Positions 37,301 through 49,896 of a stretch of 64,000 bases of DNA are shown here, one piece after another (the stretch's first letter is position 1; each line of letters begins with the position of its first letter). The DNA lies in contig OX597825.1 of the NCBI GenBank assembly GCA_951406725.2, positions 39,680,001-39,744,000 of the forward strand, read 5' to 3'. The DNA comes from Octopus vulgaris (Eukaryota). The notes below the pieces were generated by a model. That model was not told the DNA's origin. It searched no databases and was given only the letters and a program-made list of their open reading frames with translations. The translations under genes were made by a program, and so were the position numbers.

Positions 37301-37310
<10 letters not shown>
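37002..37310. mobile_element. Short TA-flanked element with about 45-bp inverted arms and an HHR
   Basis: 37002-37046 is the reverse complement of 37188-37232 (ATAATATTAATTAGAGACAAAACCACTATTTTGCAAATCAAAC). Confidence 0.8.
37095..37148 (-). ncRNA. Minimal type I hammerhead motif
   Basis: AAATCCAC-CTGATGA-ATATC ATTTGAA GACAG-GAAA-CAATTG-TA-GTGGCGATTT. Stem II is degraded. Confidence 0.7.
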
Positions 37311-37349
<39 letters not shown>

Positions 37350-37436
37350 GTCTCGAAAAAATGTATACGCACTTTAGCAGCTAATGACTCAACTGAGGTT
37401 TTCTTTTTAGTCCATATTAAAGCATTTGTATTAATG

Positions 37437-38060
37437 ATGGCAGTCAGACTAAGCTTTGAACAAACGAAATTCATTCTAAAATGCTACTGGAAGTGTAAAA
37501 ATGCCGTTCTATTGCAAATACAATTTACGAGTGAGTTTCAAGCTGATCCATCACTCGAATAGCAGATACGTGTGAAGTTGATGGAACTGTTCAGAATGTC
37601 CACGGGAAGCATTCTGGAACCCCACGGACATCGACTACTCCAACAATGCAAGAAGGAGTGCTTAAAACGTATCACAAAAGTCCAACAAAATATGTGCGGC
37701 AAGAGAGTCGTGAGGTAGGTATTTCAAAATCACCTGTCCAACATATTTTGGAGAATTTCAAATGAAATGTTACGTTCCATGATGAGTCCATGCTAGTAAT
37801 GACGATGATCCAGACCAAAGTTTGTAGTATTGCGAGTGGTACTTGACTCGATGTGTAAAATTTGCACACTTTACAACAAAGATTGAGTGGAGTAATAAAG
37901 CCACATTCAAATTAAATGGTTCAATTAACCGCCACAATTGAACGTACTGGAGACCTGAGAATCCGTCCATTATGGTGGAATACCATGTTAATTTACCAGC
38001 AGTTACAGTGTGGTGTAGTTTATCTTCAAGAGGATTAATTGGACCATTATTTTCTTTCAT
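37437..38060 (+). mobile_element. Decayed Tc1/mariner-superfamily transposase (DUF4817 HTH, rosa/DD41D-like), 3' truncated
   Basis: MAVRLSFEQTKFILKCYWK...GTVQNV...SGTPRT...SPTKYVRQ...[23 protein letters not shown]...[13 protein letters not shown]. Confidence 0.8.
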
Positions 38061-38215
38061 GATAACATTATTAATTTATATTCGTTATTTTAAGTCATTT
38101 GTACCTTCTTGCATTTCTGAGGTATAATCTGCCAACAGAATGCTAAAAATGACTTAATCGTGACGGAACAAAACAAAAACAAACTAACGATGATCTAGCA
38201 TTGTTTTCGACCCTC

Positions 38216-38310
38216 ATCACCTGAAGACGGATATTAATACATTAATGTGAATATATGTATAATTCAGCAATTACACACTCATGTTGAAGAGTTGAAATAG
38301 TTGTAGTGAT
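38216..38310 (+). ncRNA. Degenerate type I hammerhead motif
   Basis: ATCAC-CTGAAGA-...-GAAA-TAGTTG-TA-GTGAT. Stem I is a perfect 5 bp; stem II is long and decayed. Confidence 0.6.
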
Positions 38311-39508
38311 TTGTAATGAAGCCTGATTATTATTTAATATGTATATTATTTATTTATATCATTTAATATTTACAAGTATGTACAAAGAAACACACACACG
38401 CACGCATATGGAAGAGTTGGTTTTGTGGGTTGATAGTGAATCTGAGTCTTTAAAAATGTGCTAGCTTCAAATTTTTAATATATTTATTAGAATACCAAAC
38501 ACGTTTCGATATTTTCCAAAGATTAATACGAAAGGTTGTGGATAGACTGACAGTATAAACAAAAACGTCAGAAAAATATGCTTAAAAGATCAGACGTTCC
38601 AATAATCAATACGTTTTACCGAGATAGATAGCAATACCAGTTCAAGTGTTCGATTGATTGCATAACACACATACAGAATGGTAAGTTCAGTAACATTGAG
38701 TTACATTATCAATTAAACACGTTGATGTTTTAAAATAGTTACAAAAAAGAAAGACACCAGATATTTTTACAATTTTATTTTTAAAAATTTTTGTAATGAT
38801 TTAAGTTAAAGATTCAAGTTCTTATTTGTTGTAAATTCAATGAAGTAAATTTTCTTTGTCCGGGTGTAGTCTCTAGTATTATAGCAGGCTTAGTGCATTG
38901 ATATATCATATGTTTATCGAATGTTCTGGTCGCATATTTGATCACAAGTCCAACGTTTTCTATGATTTGAGCTCTTGATTTGTGTATTGAGTATTTGATT
39001 TGGTTGTGACCAGTAGAGATCCAGTGCACTGTGTGGCTGATATTCCGCATACATAATTTGCCTTTTTGAAAACATCTTGGTAACTTGTTTTTTGTGCGAT
39101 CGTCCAGCGTTCAGATTGTTTAATTCCTTTATGAGGGCACGGGTTTCTGTCAGTTCAATAGTTGTGTGTTTTGTTTTTCTGCCTGTCCAGTTTTGACCAT
39201 AAAATATATAATTGGTTGATACTAGGGCAATGTTAGCTGCTGGTATTTGACAAGCTGCAAGGGATTATTTTACAAGAGTTCACAGTGAAAGTTTTGGTTC
39301 CCAGAGGCAGCCCCTTACTTAAACTTTTGATATATGTCTACCGTTTCCTGTCACTTATTTGTACATAAACTGAACTTTCCCATTTTGGTGTTATACAATA
39401 TTTAGTTGTGGTATACATTTCTTAATAAGTTTGGAATGGCCTGAAGTGTGTCCGGTGCATTGACATAAAGGGAAAATTTGGTATTTTCTATATTTTATGT
39501 TTACGCTA

Positions 39509-40706
39509 CGAGGGACGTTCAATAAGTAATGCCTCTGACCCACTTGCAGTTATTTGACCTAGCTGAAATTTTGCATGTACACATATTTATATCTCTAAAA
39601 ATTAAGTGGCAAATTACAGCTCTGAACTAATTGTGGTGTCTGATTTACAGGTGTTTTAACTGAGTCAAGTGTGAAATGGAGCCTGTTGAGTGTCGAGCAG
39701 TGATCCGGTTTTTGTATTTGAAAGGACGCACACCACGGGAGACTTTTGATGAAATGAAAGTAACTTATGGTGATGATGCCCCATCATATGACCTTGTAAA
39801 AAGTTGGCATCGTGAATCCAAACATGGTCGGAACTCTGTGGAAACTCTCCAAGATCTGGTCGCCCCCTTCTGCCATTGATGAGGCATCTGTCCGTCAAGT
39901 TGTGGCTGCCATTTTGGAAGATCGACGCATAACTATTCGCCAAATAGCCCATGAGATCAAGATTAGTGCCGGGTCTTTGGAAGTTATCATTCATGACCAT
40001 TTGCATATGCAAAAGGTGTCTGCCAGATGGATTCCCAGGTTGCTCACACCTTTCCAGAAGCAAGAACGTGTCGAGTGCTCGAGGATGAATTTGGAGATGT
40101 GCCAAGAAGAAGAGTCAAAATTTTCAAAAGACTGATTACACAGGATGAAACCTGGGTCCATCACTATGATCCAGAGACCAAAGCCCAATCAATGCAGTGG
40201 AAGCATCGTGACTCACCTCCTCCAAGGAAGGCAAGGGTGCAGCCCTCCGCTGGCAAGGTCATGCTCACAGTCTTCTGGGACCAGGACGGAGTAGTGATGA
40301 CAGATTTCCTGGCAAAGGGTAGCACAATTACAGGACCCTATTATGCTTCACTTTTGAGGAAATTAAGAGAAGCTATCAAAATCAGGTTGCGGGGCAAGAT
40401 CAGCGTGTCGCCAGATCAGAAGCACAGGCGTGTTGCTATGAACTCCTCCCCCATGCCCCCTACTCTCCTGACCTTGCACCTTCTAATTTTCACCTCTTCC
40501 CAGCGATTAAGTTGTTTTAGAAGGGAAAGCTTTTCCCAGGTGATGCAGCCTTGATTTCTGAAGTCACGTCGTGGTTGGAGGACCAAGCTGGGGTCTTCTA
40601 CAAAAACGGTCTTCAGAGCTGCATCAAACGATGAGAGAAATGCATAACTCTGGGTGGTTCCTATGTAGTTAAATACTAATAACTGTGCCAAGTTTCATTG
40701 CTCTAC
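39509..40706 (+). mobile_element. Second copy of the 8693-9950 mariner family; 5' TIR intact, 3' TIR lost
   Basis: TA-CGAGGGACGTTCAATAAGTAATGCCTCTGACCC and MEPVECRAVIRFLYLKG. Similarity stops at GCTCTAC (40706). Confidence 0.93.
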
Positions 40707-40739
40707 ACATGAGTTTGATGCTTGAATACCGTCGTTCTC

Positions 40740-42050
40740 TTCTGATAATTAACATGAGTTTGACGCCTGTATACCATCGTTCTCTTCTTCAAAGTCAAAT
40801 TTGACCTATGTGATCACCACCACATCTGGGTACATAAATTAAGTTCCTCGCTGATCAGTTGAAGTGATTTTATGGTGAATATTAAACCTGTCTTGCAGTC
40901 ATATGTTGAAATTCATCAGTTTGTGCAGGCTTTTCAATTACGATGGTTCATTTCTTTTACTGTTGGGGATGTATTGTCGAAGCGTAATTTCGTGTTAGTA
41001 GGTATCCATTTTAGTGATTTCGGTTGTCTGTTACTTTTAAGAATTATATTTTTCGAATTCTTTTTTCTTTTACGCAGACCTTTCATCAACAGGTGTGTAT
41101 TCAAATGGATAATGTAGTATGGTTCCATATGTCTTGAATGGGTTGTTAATACATAATGTAGATATTTAAATCTATTATGGCTTTCCTTGCTTTTTGTAGT
41201 TCGTTGATGTCTATTATTTTGGAGCGCTCTATTTCGCTATTTAGGAAACTGAGTGGGTATTGTCTTTTGAGTCATATATTTTTATGTCCTTGGCGTCATT
41301 TTTCCTGTGTTTCGGGATTGCATAAATCTTTGCAAATGATTGTTACTAAGTTAAAAATTATTGTTTTACGTGCCCTTTAAATCACAGGTAAAGAGTAGCA
41401 GATTTTCTTTTTGCGTTTGTTGCTTTAAAGTATATGTTGGTCACAATGCTAGTATCTTTTTATATGATTCGGATGTCCAAGAAATGATGGTGCGCTTGAA
41501 AATTCCATTGTTAATTGGTTACTGAAGATTATGTTATCCAATGTTAAAACTCCAAGAGAATATGCAACCAGAGATTGAAGCAGTCGGTGAGTAATTATTA
41601 TGAAAGCTATCGTCAGATTTCAATCTGACGTGTTCGTGTATTTGGATTTCTAATTGTCATGACAAGCTTTGCAGAAGTGGAGAATACAGTCGCTCTTAAT
41701 GTAGTCCCATATATTTGTCTGTAGGCGCTGTCCTTCATTTTAAAGGCTGATCTTTAATCCTTCAGTTATATACACTTAGCCAATTCGGTCAAGAATGTCT
41801 TTGGGAATTTTTTTCCATCCCGAAGTCTATAGATCGAATTCTGTATTTGTATGGAATCGAGGTGTAGCGATTTATTCGAATGGGACAAAAAGAGTGTCCA
41901 GTGTTGTTCTGGCTCGGTGGATGGTTCAAGAAGTCCAAGTTTTCTCGTACGAAGCTCGGTATATCTTTAAGTATGGGTTTTATAAGTACGTGAGTAAAGT
42001 TATTAAATTCATGTGTCTCATAGGACGGACCTGCCACAATTTTCCGTATT
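40740..42050 (-). mobile_element. Heavily decayed Penelope-like element related to 19463-22777
   Basis: AGPSYETHEFNNFTHVLIKPILKDIPSFVRENLDFLNH and ILKSNRQPKSL parallel the younger copy. Confidence 0.8.
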
Positions 42051-42059
42051 TTGATTTCC

Positions 42060-42255
42060 TTACTTTCCTATCACGGCCGGCAATTTTGGGAGAGAGTTAA
42101 GTCCATTACATCGACTCGAGTGCTCAACTGCTACTTAATTTTTGGACCTCAAAAGGATGAAAGACAAAGGCGACCGCAGCGGAATTTAAAATCCGGCCGT
42201 ATAATATGCCGCTATGCATTTTGCCGGGTGTGCCAACGATTCTGCCGACTCACTG
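42060..42255 (-). mobile_element. Diverged SINE family A copy
   Basis: AAAGGATGAAAGACAAAGGCGACC...GGAATTTAAA...TGCCAACGATTCTGCC. Confidence 0.65.
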
Positions 42256-42935
42256 TCTTGTTGATGACGACGACGACGACGACGACGATGATGATGATGT
42301 TGATGATGATGATGATGATGATGATGACAACGACGATAACGCTAATGATGATGAGGTTTCTCCCGTCGATTAGGTATGAGTGTTTGAAGGAAAGTGGTAA
42401 AAAATGATTACAAATAGAAGACGCTGCATCTATTTGCAAAAGATGTGGAAAATGCAATTTGTGTCTAGGTATGAAATTTGCTATGAACACATAATCGAGA
42501 TAATGATAATTTCGACTTTGACTGATATTGGACAAATGTGTACATTGACAGTAGGATACAAGTCTTTCATTTTTTCTGTTTCTTCATTTGAATGTGTTTA
42601 GATTCAACATGATACAGAATACGCTACTCTGATCGATTTAGGTATTAACCTTCCTAAGATGTTAAATTAAGCTGTAGGGATTTTAGTGATTGTTTCAAAC
42701 TGCTCTTATATTTCCGGGTCAGCCTTCGTTTACCGTAAAATCACTCTATTTGCTAGCGAAACAAAAGCATTTTCGGAATGCGATCACCTTGCATTCGAAC
42801 ATGTCCTACTAAACTGAATTGCGTTCTCAGCAGCATGCTTTCAATACTGGAGACATCATATCTATCTAAAATTTTGACATTCGATAACTTATATTATCAT
42901 TTTATGTTGCTGATACGGTATCTATTTAATAATAT

Positions 42936-42962
42936 TAATAATAAATAATAATAATAATAATG

Positions 42963-43041
<79 letters not shown>

Positions 43042-43054
43042 CGACAACGACAAC

Positions 43055-43088
<34 letters not shown>

Positions 43089-43382
43089 ACAACGACAACA
43101 ACGACAACAACAACAACGACAACGACAACGACAACAACAACGACGACAACGACAACGACAACAACGACAACAACAACAATAATAATAACGACAACCTCAA
43201 CATTAATAATAACGACAACAACAACAATAATAATAACGACAACAATAATAATAATAACGACAACAATAATGATTATAACGACAACAATAATGATAATAAC
43301 GACAACAATAATGATAATGATAATAATAATAATGATAATGATAATAATAATAACGATAATGATAATAATAATAATGATAATG

Positions 43383-43414
<32 letters not shown>

Positions 43415-43630
43415 AATGATAATGATAATAATAATAATGATAATAATAATAATGATAATAATAATAATAATAATGATAATAATAATAATGATAATGAAAA
43501 TGATAATCATGATGATGATGATGATGATGATTTCATTTATTTTCCACAATAATAATAATAATAATGATAATAATAATAATGATAATAACTATGATGATGA
43601 TGATAATAATAATAATGATAACAACAACCA
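42936..43630. repeat. Compound trinucleotide array (AAT/AAC/GAC/GAT)
   Basis: Direct reading. The poly-T/I/M/V ORFs are artefacts of it. Confidence 0.95.
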
Positions 43631-45839
43631 TAAGAACGATACCGTTTCTTTTCTTCCGAGAAGGGCAACAGACGGGGACATTACAATACGAGTATTGAAA
43701 ATGTTTGGAGTTTACAAAAAATCATGTATCAACAAGCATAAAAAAAATTGCAAATTGATATAAAAATGAGACATAATAATAACATGTATAAGAAGAAGAA
43801 GATTGTTACGTGTATATTTTCTAGTCTATTACTTCTTACTTACATAGCTTTTATGTCGTTTAAAGAGAAAGTAAACATGGCATTTTCAAACATAAGTAGA
43901 CATTTTTTTCTTATTCGGACGAATAGTTTGCTTTGAATAATGAAGCCATACGCCTGGCTAGACCAGTAGTCTATGCAAAAGAACGATAGAAAATAAGACA
44001 GAAGCCGATATAGTCGTTTAATATTTACATATTCACTTCTAACTCTGGCTGTTTTAATGATACTGGCGGCTAGAAGAGAAAATAAGAATTATATTACATT
44101 ATAATTCCTAACATACTCACATTATTTCTACCATTGTGCTGTTTGTGTACAAGTACTACTACAGAGGGAAAAAGTATGTACATACGTGTGTATCCGGTTG
44201 CTATATCCAGTTATCGTTTGATGCCGTTCTTTCGTTTATCTTTTCTTTGCCTGTCAACATTACACCTCAAATTTCTTTGGCATTCCTGTGATGCCAATGT
44301 AAAGTCTAAAATGTCCGATATCCTTACTTGCACAAACGAAATTATACATATATGTAATTACAACCCATTACCTTTATTTATGCTTGTGTGTATACAGAGG
44401 CACATGCAGACATATTACAAACACACACACACACACATTCATATATATATGAGTAGAGAAACTGATAATGCATTAAGAGACAAGAACAGTCTTCTGAAAC
44501 CGATGCCATTTGATTTATATGATATATGACTAGAGAATACTGATTATGATATTCCAAATTATTCCATGAAATATCTCAACGAGGAAATAGTGAATTATGG
44601 TAGCCATCTGTGCTTGAAACTTATTCTACATGCCCCTTGTATAGGAGTGTTTTATTAGTGACAGTCATTAATCTGCCACCTTGCTGATGACCCTACCTAA
44701 ATAGTATATCTAGTATATATTCTGTCGGTTTCTTTTACGGGCACGTAACCAAACCATGAGCGGTTTTGAAGTATTCAATTCCCATAAACATAAAGACACA
44801 CACACACATACACTTACACACGCACACACAGACACATAGACACACACACACACAGACACATAGACACACACACACACACGCGCGCACACACACACATACA
44901 CACACACACACACGCAAATCCCCCACTCGGTCGGGGGCTATAACAGAAAGTTCCTGACATTGGACTGAAGCCGGAACCATGTGGTTTTCACGCAGGAATA
45001 ACTGAAGAAAGGTAGAGTGACTACCACAGGTAAACCACTGATAAACAAAGAAAATGCATCCATACAAAATATAAACCAAAACTTAACAAACATTAAAAGA
45101 GTACATGCTCAAATAACTATTCACACACAAAGCTCATTCTGCTACTTAACTTGAGAAATTTGCACTACTAACAACCCATACTTTAGGCACTGGATTACAT
45201 ACAAACTGACTCCTGCCTACTCTTTCACCTAGCAGATTAAATTTAGAGTGCCTTGTCTGTAACTAAACGTGTTCACTCAAAAGTGTCGAGCTTAATTTTC
45301 GGCGCAAAATAAACTGCAACGTAAGTCTAACGTACGAAAGCAGCAGGAAACGAACAAAATTTTCTAAACTTTATCACGTTATTACTTTCTAGAACACTTA
45401 ACGGAAAGCATTCAGAGCATTGATTGTTTGGTACTGTCGCTAGTCATATTCCTTCAACCGTGTCAGCCTAAACTTACGATGCCAAACATTGTCACACAAT
45501 ATTAACACACAGACATAGAGGGGAGTCTACAACAATTTCTAAGAACTGTCATGTGACTATCCTCTATCAATCAAGTCCTATCCAAAACATATACTAATTT
45601 GAGTCATATATTACGTATAAAAATACGTCAGCATAACCGAAGTCTGTCAATCAAATTCTGAATATCAGTGTAAACTGAGAAAACGCTTAAATCTTTAAAT
45701 ACAATAAATGATTATAACTATTCTCAGTGCATTTTCAACTTCTGTCTATTCTATATGCCTACCCGTGTGAAATTGTTTTATATACATACATAGATATATA
45801 CATACATATACATACGCATATATATGTATGTATATATAT

Positions 45840-46055
45840 ATAGTTAATTCAAACATGAAAACACAAAGAGAAAACACTACAACGCGAGGACGTGGAACAA
45901 GCATAGTGTTATTGGACGCTCAGGAAAGGAAAGAAAGAAGGGGGATTTAACATTTTGAGAGGAGCTCTTCGTCAGAAACGTAGGAAAAATAATGATCCAA
46001 AGAAGGGAAGACGGAAGAAAAAATCGTCAACGATACACACGTGGTCATATTTTGC
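45840..46055 (-). mobile_element. PLE-type terminal repeat with CpG-decayed HHR (45947-45978); the 3' end is also present at 35812-35862
   Basis: Minus strand TTT-CTGACGA-AGAGCTCCTCTC-AAAA-TG-TT-AAA. The end GTCCTCGC..TTGT..TTTTCTCTTTGTGTTTTCATGTTTG-ATTAACTA then (TA)n is shared with 35812. Confidence 0.7.
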
Positions 46056-47259
46056 ATACATACATATCTATATTTGCATACATGCATGCACACACATATA
46101 TATATATACATATTTATAGACATTAATATATGTACACACACACACACACACACATATATATATGTATATGTGTGTGTGTGTACACACAAACACATATATG
46201 AAGAGGGAAGGAAAAAACAACACCTATATGTATATACCCATAAACATATTGATAACACTTGCTGTCCCGATGTTATATATCTGAGAGTTTACATGCATGC
46301 GATTTCCTTTGCTTTCAATGACATCGAACTACTCCAACATAAATAAGCATATAGTTCCAATGAATTTCAAGACGATTCTAATCATCTTGTGCGTAAATTA
46401 AAAATGGTTAACGTTATGAATGGCATAGTAATTATCCTCTATCATTTGTCTTCAAAGATATTAAAATTTTCTGTTTTTGACCGCTGTAATTGGAATCACA
46501 ATTTTCGGGATTCATCCAGATTTATCCACGAAAATTGCATGCAAAGTTGTTTCAGATACATTTTGATAAATTTGCAGCAACAGCAATATATACATATGGT
46601 ATCGGTTTTGCTTAAATGTTTATTAAGATGGCAATATACGTATCAAGATGGACAAAATGTTTCGCTGCATTTCGTTCTATTGTACGATGAAATTTCAAAT
46701 CCCACCGAGGTGGATTTAGCCTTCCATACTCTCAGTGTCGTTTATATATGCACCAGTTAAACACTGGGATCTATGTATACAACTGGAAACAGTCTCCAAA
46801 AATTCATATCTTCTTTCTATCGCAGCAAGGATTATTGTAATTCATTACACACTATATATATATATATATATAATTCCTGATTTTTTGTTTCCACTTCCAA
46901 AGCTCAAATCCTGCGTTCGGCAGAATGTAGCTTCCTTGAAGTTTAGGAACACTGGAACATAAAATATAACGCCCAACCACACCGGGAGGCATAACATTTT
47001 TAGTTATAATGCTCCGAACGTAGCTGATGTAGGTTAAACTTATGTTGCAGTGCATCCCACTTACCTTCATATCTCTACTTTTCTCAGCATATTTTGAGAG
47101 GTTTTCTACGTTCTTGTCTATAATTATTTTGCGTAACAGTAATATTATTGTTCGTACGTGCAATTCTAGATATTATAGCATTCAGTAGGTAGAGTGTTCA
47201 ATAGTTCTATCTCTGTCGTGATATCAAAAACATATATTTAGGAAAACCTGCCTCGATAT

Positions 47260-48122
47260 GTTTACGGATAGATTTCATTGTACAGAACACAGTAAATTTA
47301 ACTCAAATATTTATGAGTATTTGCCATTCCATACTGTGAAAATAGGCTTAGTATATTCCATTAGTGCAACCTGTTTCCTGAAGAGGTGGAATGAATACCG
47401 TTGCACTCTAGGCTAGTGTTAAGAGCAATATCACAACGTAGATAATTCAAAATAAGATGAATATATGTAAAATCTCACTCTGATTGAAATTAAGTTACTT
47501 GTGTTCCATCACTGCATTCCGGAAAATGCTGAACTACACTAAAATATGACACATGATTTTCTTTTGCAATGATCAATAATGTCATTAGTTTCAATAGCAG
47601 GCAGATGAAAAGGTATATCAACAGGAATATATATGAAAGCCATTACAGTGCTTTACATACTGTAGGCAAATTTATAGGATGTTGCTACTGTGACTTTCAA
47701 TATTGGGAGGAAGATATTCTCACTATGCAAAAACATTAGCAGATCAAATTCAGATCAATTATAATACAAAATGACTATTTCCTACATTTTTGAATTTCAC
47801 TCGTTTCAGTTCTAAAGTTTAAGAATCGCTACCTTAACTATGAACGAGTTATTAATCTCTGTTCTCCCTCTGTTGTGACATCAAAACCATATATTATATG
47901 ATTCTTGTTGCTTAGCAACTGTCTGGAAGTTTGCCTCATTACGTTTACGGAGAGATTTTATTGTAAATACCATAGACATTTAAATGAATTCACTCACGTA
48001 TTTGCTATTCCATCCCGTGAAAATAAGGTCAGAATATTCTATTAGTGTGACCTGTTTCTTGAAGAGGTGAAATGAATATCGTTGCGCATTCGGTTAGTGT
48101 TAAGAGCAATATCACACCTTAG
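47260..48122 (+). repeat. Diverged direct repeat of about 180 bp (47260-47440 and 47943-48122)
   Basis: GTTTACGGA.AGATTT.ATTGTA...GTATTTGC.ATTCCAT...ACCTGTTTC.TGAAGAGGTG.AATGAATA.CGTTGC...TAGTGTTAAGAGCAATATCACA in both. Confidence 0.8.
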
Positions 48123-48671
48123 GCATATGAACGCAACGCATCCCTGAGGATGTCCCTTGAAGTCAGATATTCAATGGTATTATCTTAATACGAAAATGTT
48201 CTTAAGTATAATAATCACTGTATATAACCAATGTAAACGAAACGAAATTTCAATACAATAAAGAAATATTTATAGACTGGTGTTTGCTCAAAGAATTTAA
48301 ATTTCCTTTCTATCTGATCTGCTTCCCGGTATGTGTATCTAGTTGTTATATTTGTTATCTGTTTACGTTTTCGTTTCTTAAGTATTCTCGAATTTCTCGC
48401 CGGTTTCTCCGCTGAAGAGTCAGTTCTCGACCATGTGAATCCTTGTGAATACCCAAACATTACACTTTAGGCAGTAGAACATTAAAAGAAAGTGTACCTC
48501 GGATTCATTTCTCGGACGCTTTGTCGTGGCATTGTGTGACATCAGTAGCTTTGTGAAATCGTTATAACTCAAAATAGAGACTTAGTGACACAAGAATGAA
48601 GACTTGCTCTTTTTATATGGCATTATATCTTTTATCTAGAAAAAGCATATTACGGCCTCGATTGAATTTGC

Positions 48672-48895
48672 ACACTACTGGAAAATGCAAGACATTATAT
48701 TGCAAGATATTATATCGAAAACGGCGGTTTTGTTAATATATCACCTAAATATGGCTAACCACTAAGGGTGGATGTTACTGTAGCTACAGTAACATCCACC
48801 CTTAGTGGTTAGCCATATTTAGGTGATAAATTAACAAAACCGCCGTTTTCGATATAATCTCTTGCAATATAATGTCTTGCATTTTCCAGTAGTGT
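48672..48895. repeat. 224-bp spacer-less palindrome (112-bp arms, 2 mismatches)
   Basis: Centre TAG|CTA at 48783/48784. The arms were checked base by base. Confidence 0.93.
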
Positions 48896-49246
48896 CAGAT
48901 GGCAAAAATACTTCACATTGCCGTGCAGTTACTGTTTATACCTCGTTCAGAGATTAGTTATTGCTTGTATACACTTTTTCAAGATCAGTGACGAAAAGTC
49001 ACTGGAAAAAGGATATAAATATTTGCATTGGGACACTTCCATCGAAAATCGGTGATTGTCGTGCGCTGATGACGGGTCAATACGCAGAATCTGCAGTCCG
49101 TGCGTATCACTTAGGTCGACGAGGGAAGGATAGGGCACAGAAAGTGTGTCGATAGCCAGCAGGAGAAGATGTTCTTCTGGGGCTACAAGCTAAAGTAACA
49201 TCCACCCTTTGTAGTTAGCCCTATTTAGATGGCAAATATACTTCAC

Positions 49247-49486
<240 letters not shown>

Positions 49487-49555
49487 GGTTTTTACACGCA
49501 GGATGAAATATAGGAAAATTTGTTGTTGAAAATGCACCTATACTTGAAAAACTAG

Positions 49556-49896
49556 TAATTGTTTAAAATAAATTTATTTACATATATACCAAACTAATTT
49601 CAACAATATATTTAGTTTATCGATGGTAACATTTTAGAATTATGAATTTGAAAAACATGTTTAGATGTTTCAACGTTGACAAGTTTAAATCTTCATAACG
49701 GACAAATCTAGAATTATGAATTTGAAAAGCATGTTTAAATGTTTCAATGTTTACAAATTTAAATGTTCATAGCAGTCAATAATTAAAAAAACTGTGCATC
49801 AATTCATAATTACAAATTGATACCATTTGATAATCTAAAAAATATTGTTGAAACTAGTTTGGTATACATCTAAATAAATTTATTTTAAACAATTAC
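49556..49896. mobile_element. AT-rich foldback/MITE-like element with about 95-bp inverted arms and an internal duplication of about 70 bp
   Basis: GTAATTGTTTAAAATAAATTTATTTA...TACCAAACTA matches the reverse complement of TAGTTTGGTA...TAAATAAATTTATTTTAAACAATTAC. TAGAATTATGAATTTGAAAA occurs twice inside. Confidence 0.7.

Noticed and set aside
38814-39500. Coding-like minus-strand stretch next to mariner copy 2
   Set aside because: It is probably decayed retroelement sequence, but there is no diagnostic motif I can name.
42922-43763. Poly-Thr/Ile/Val ORFs up to 267 aa
   Set aside because: They are products of the trinucleotide array.
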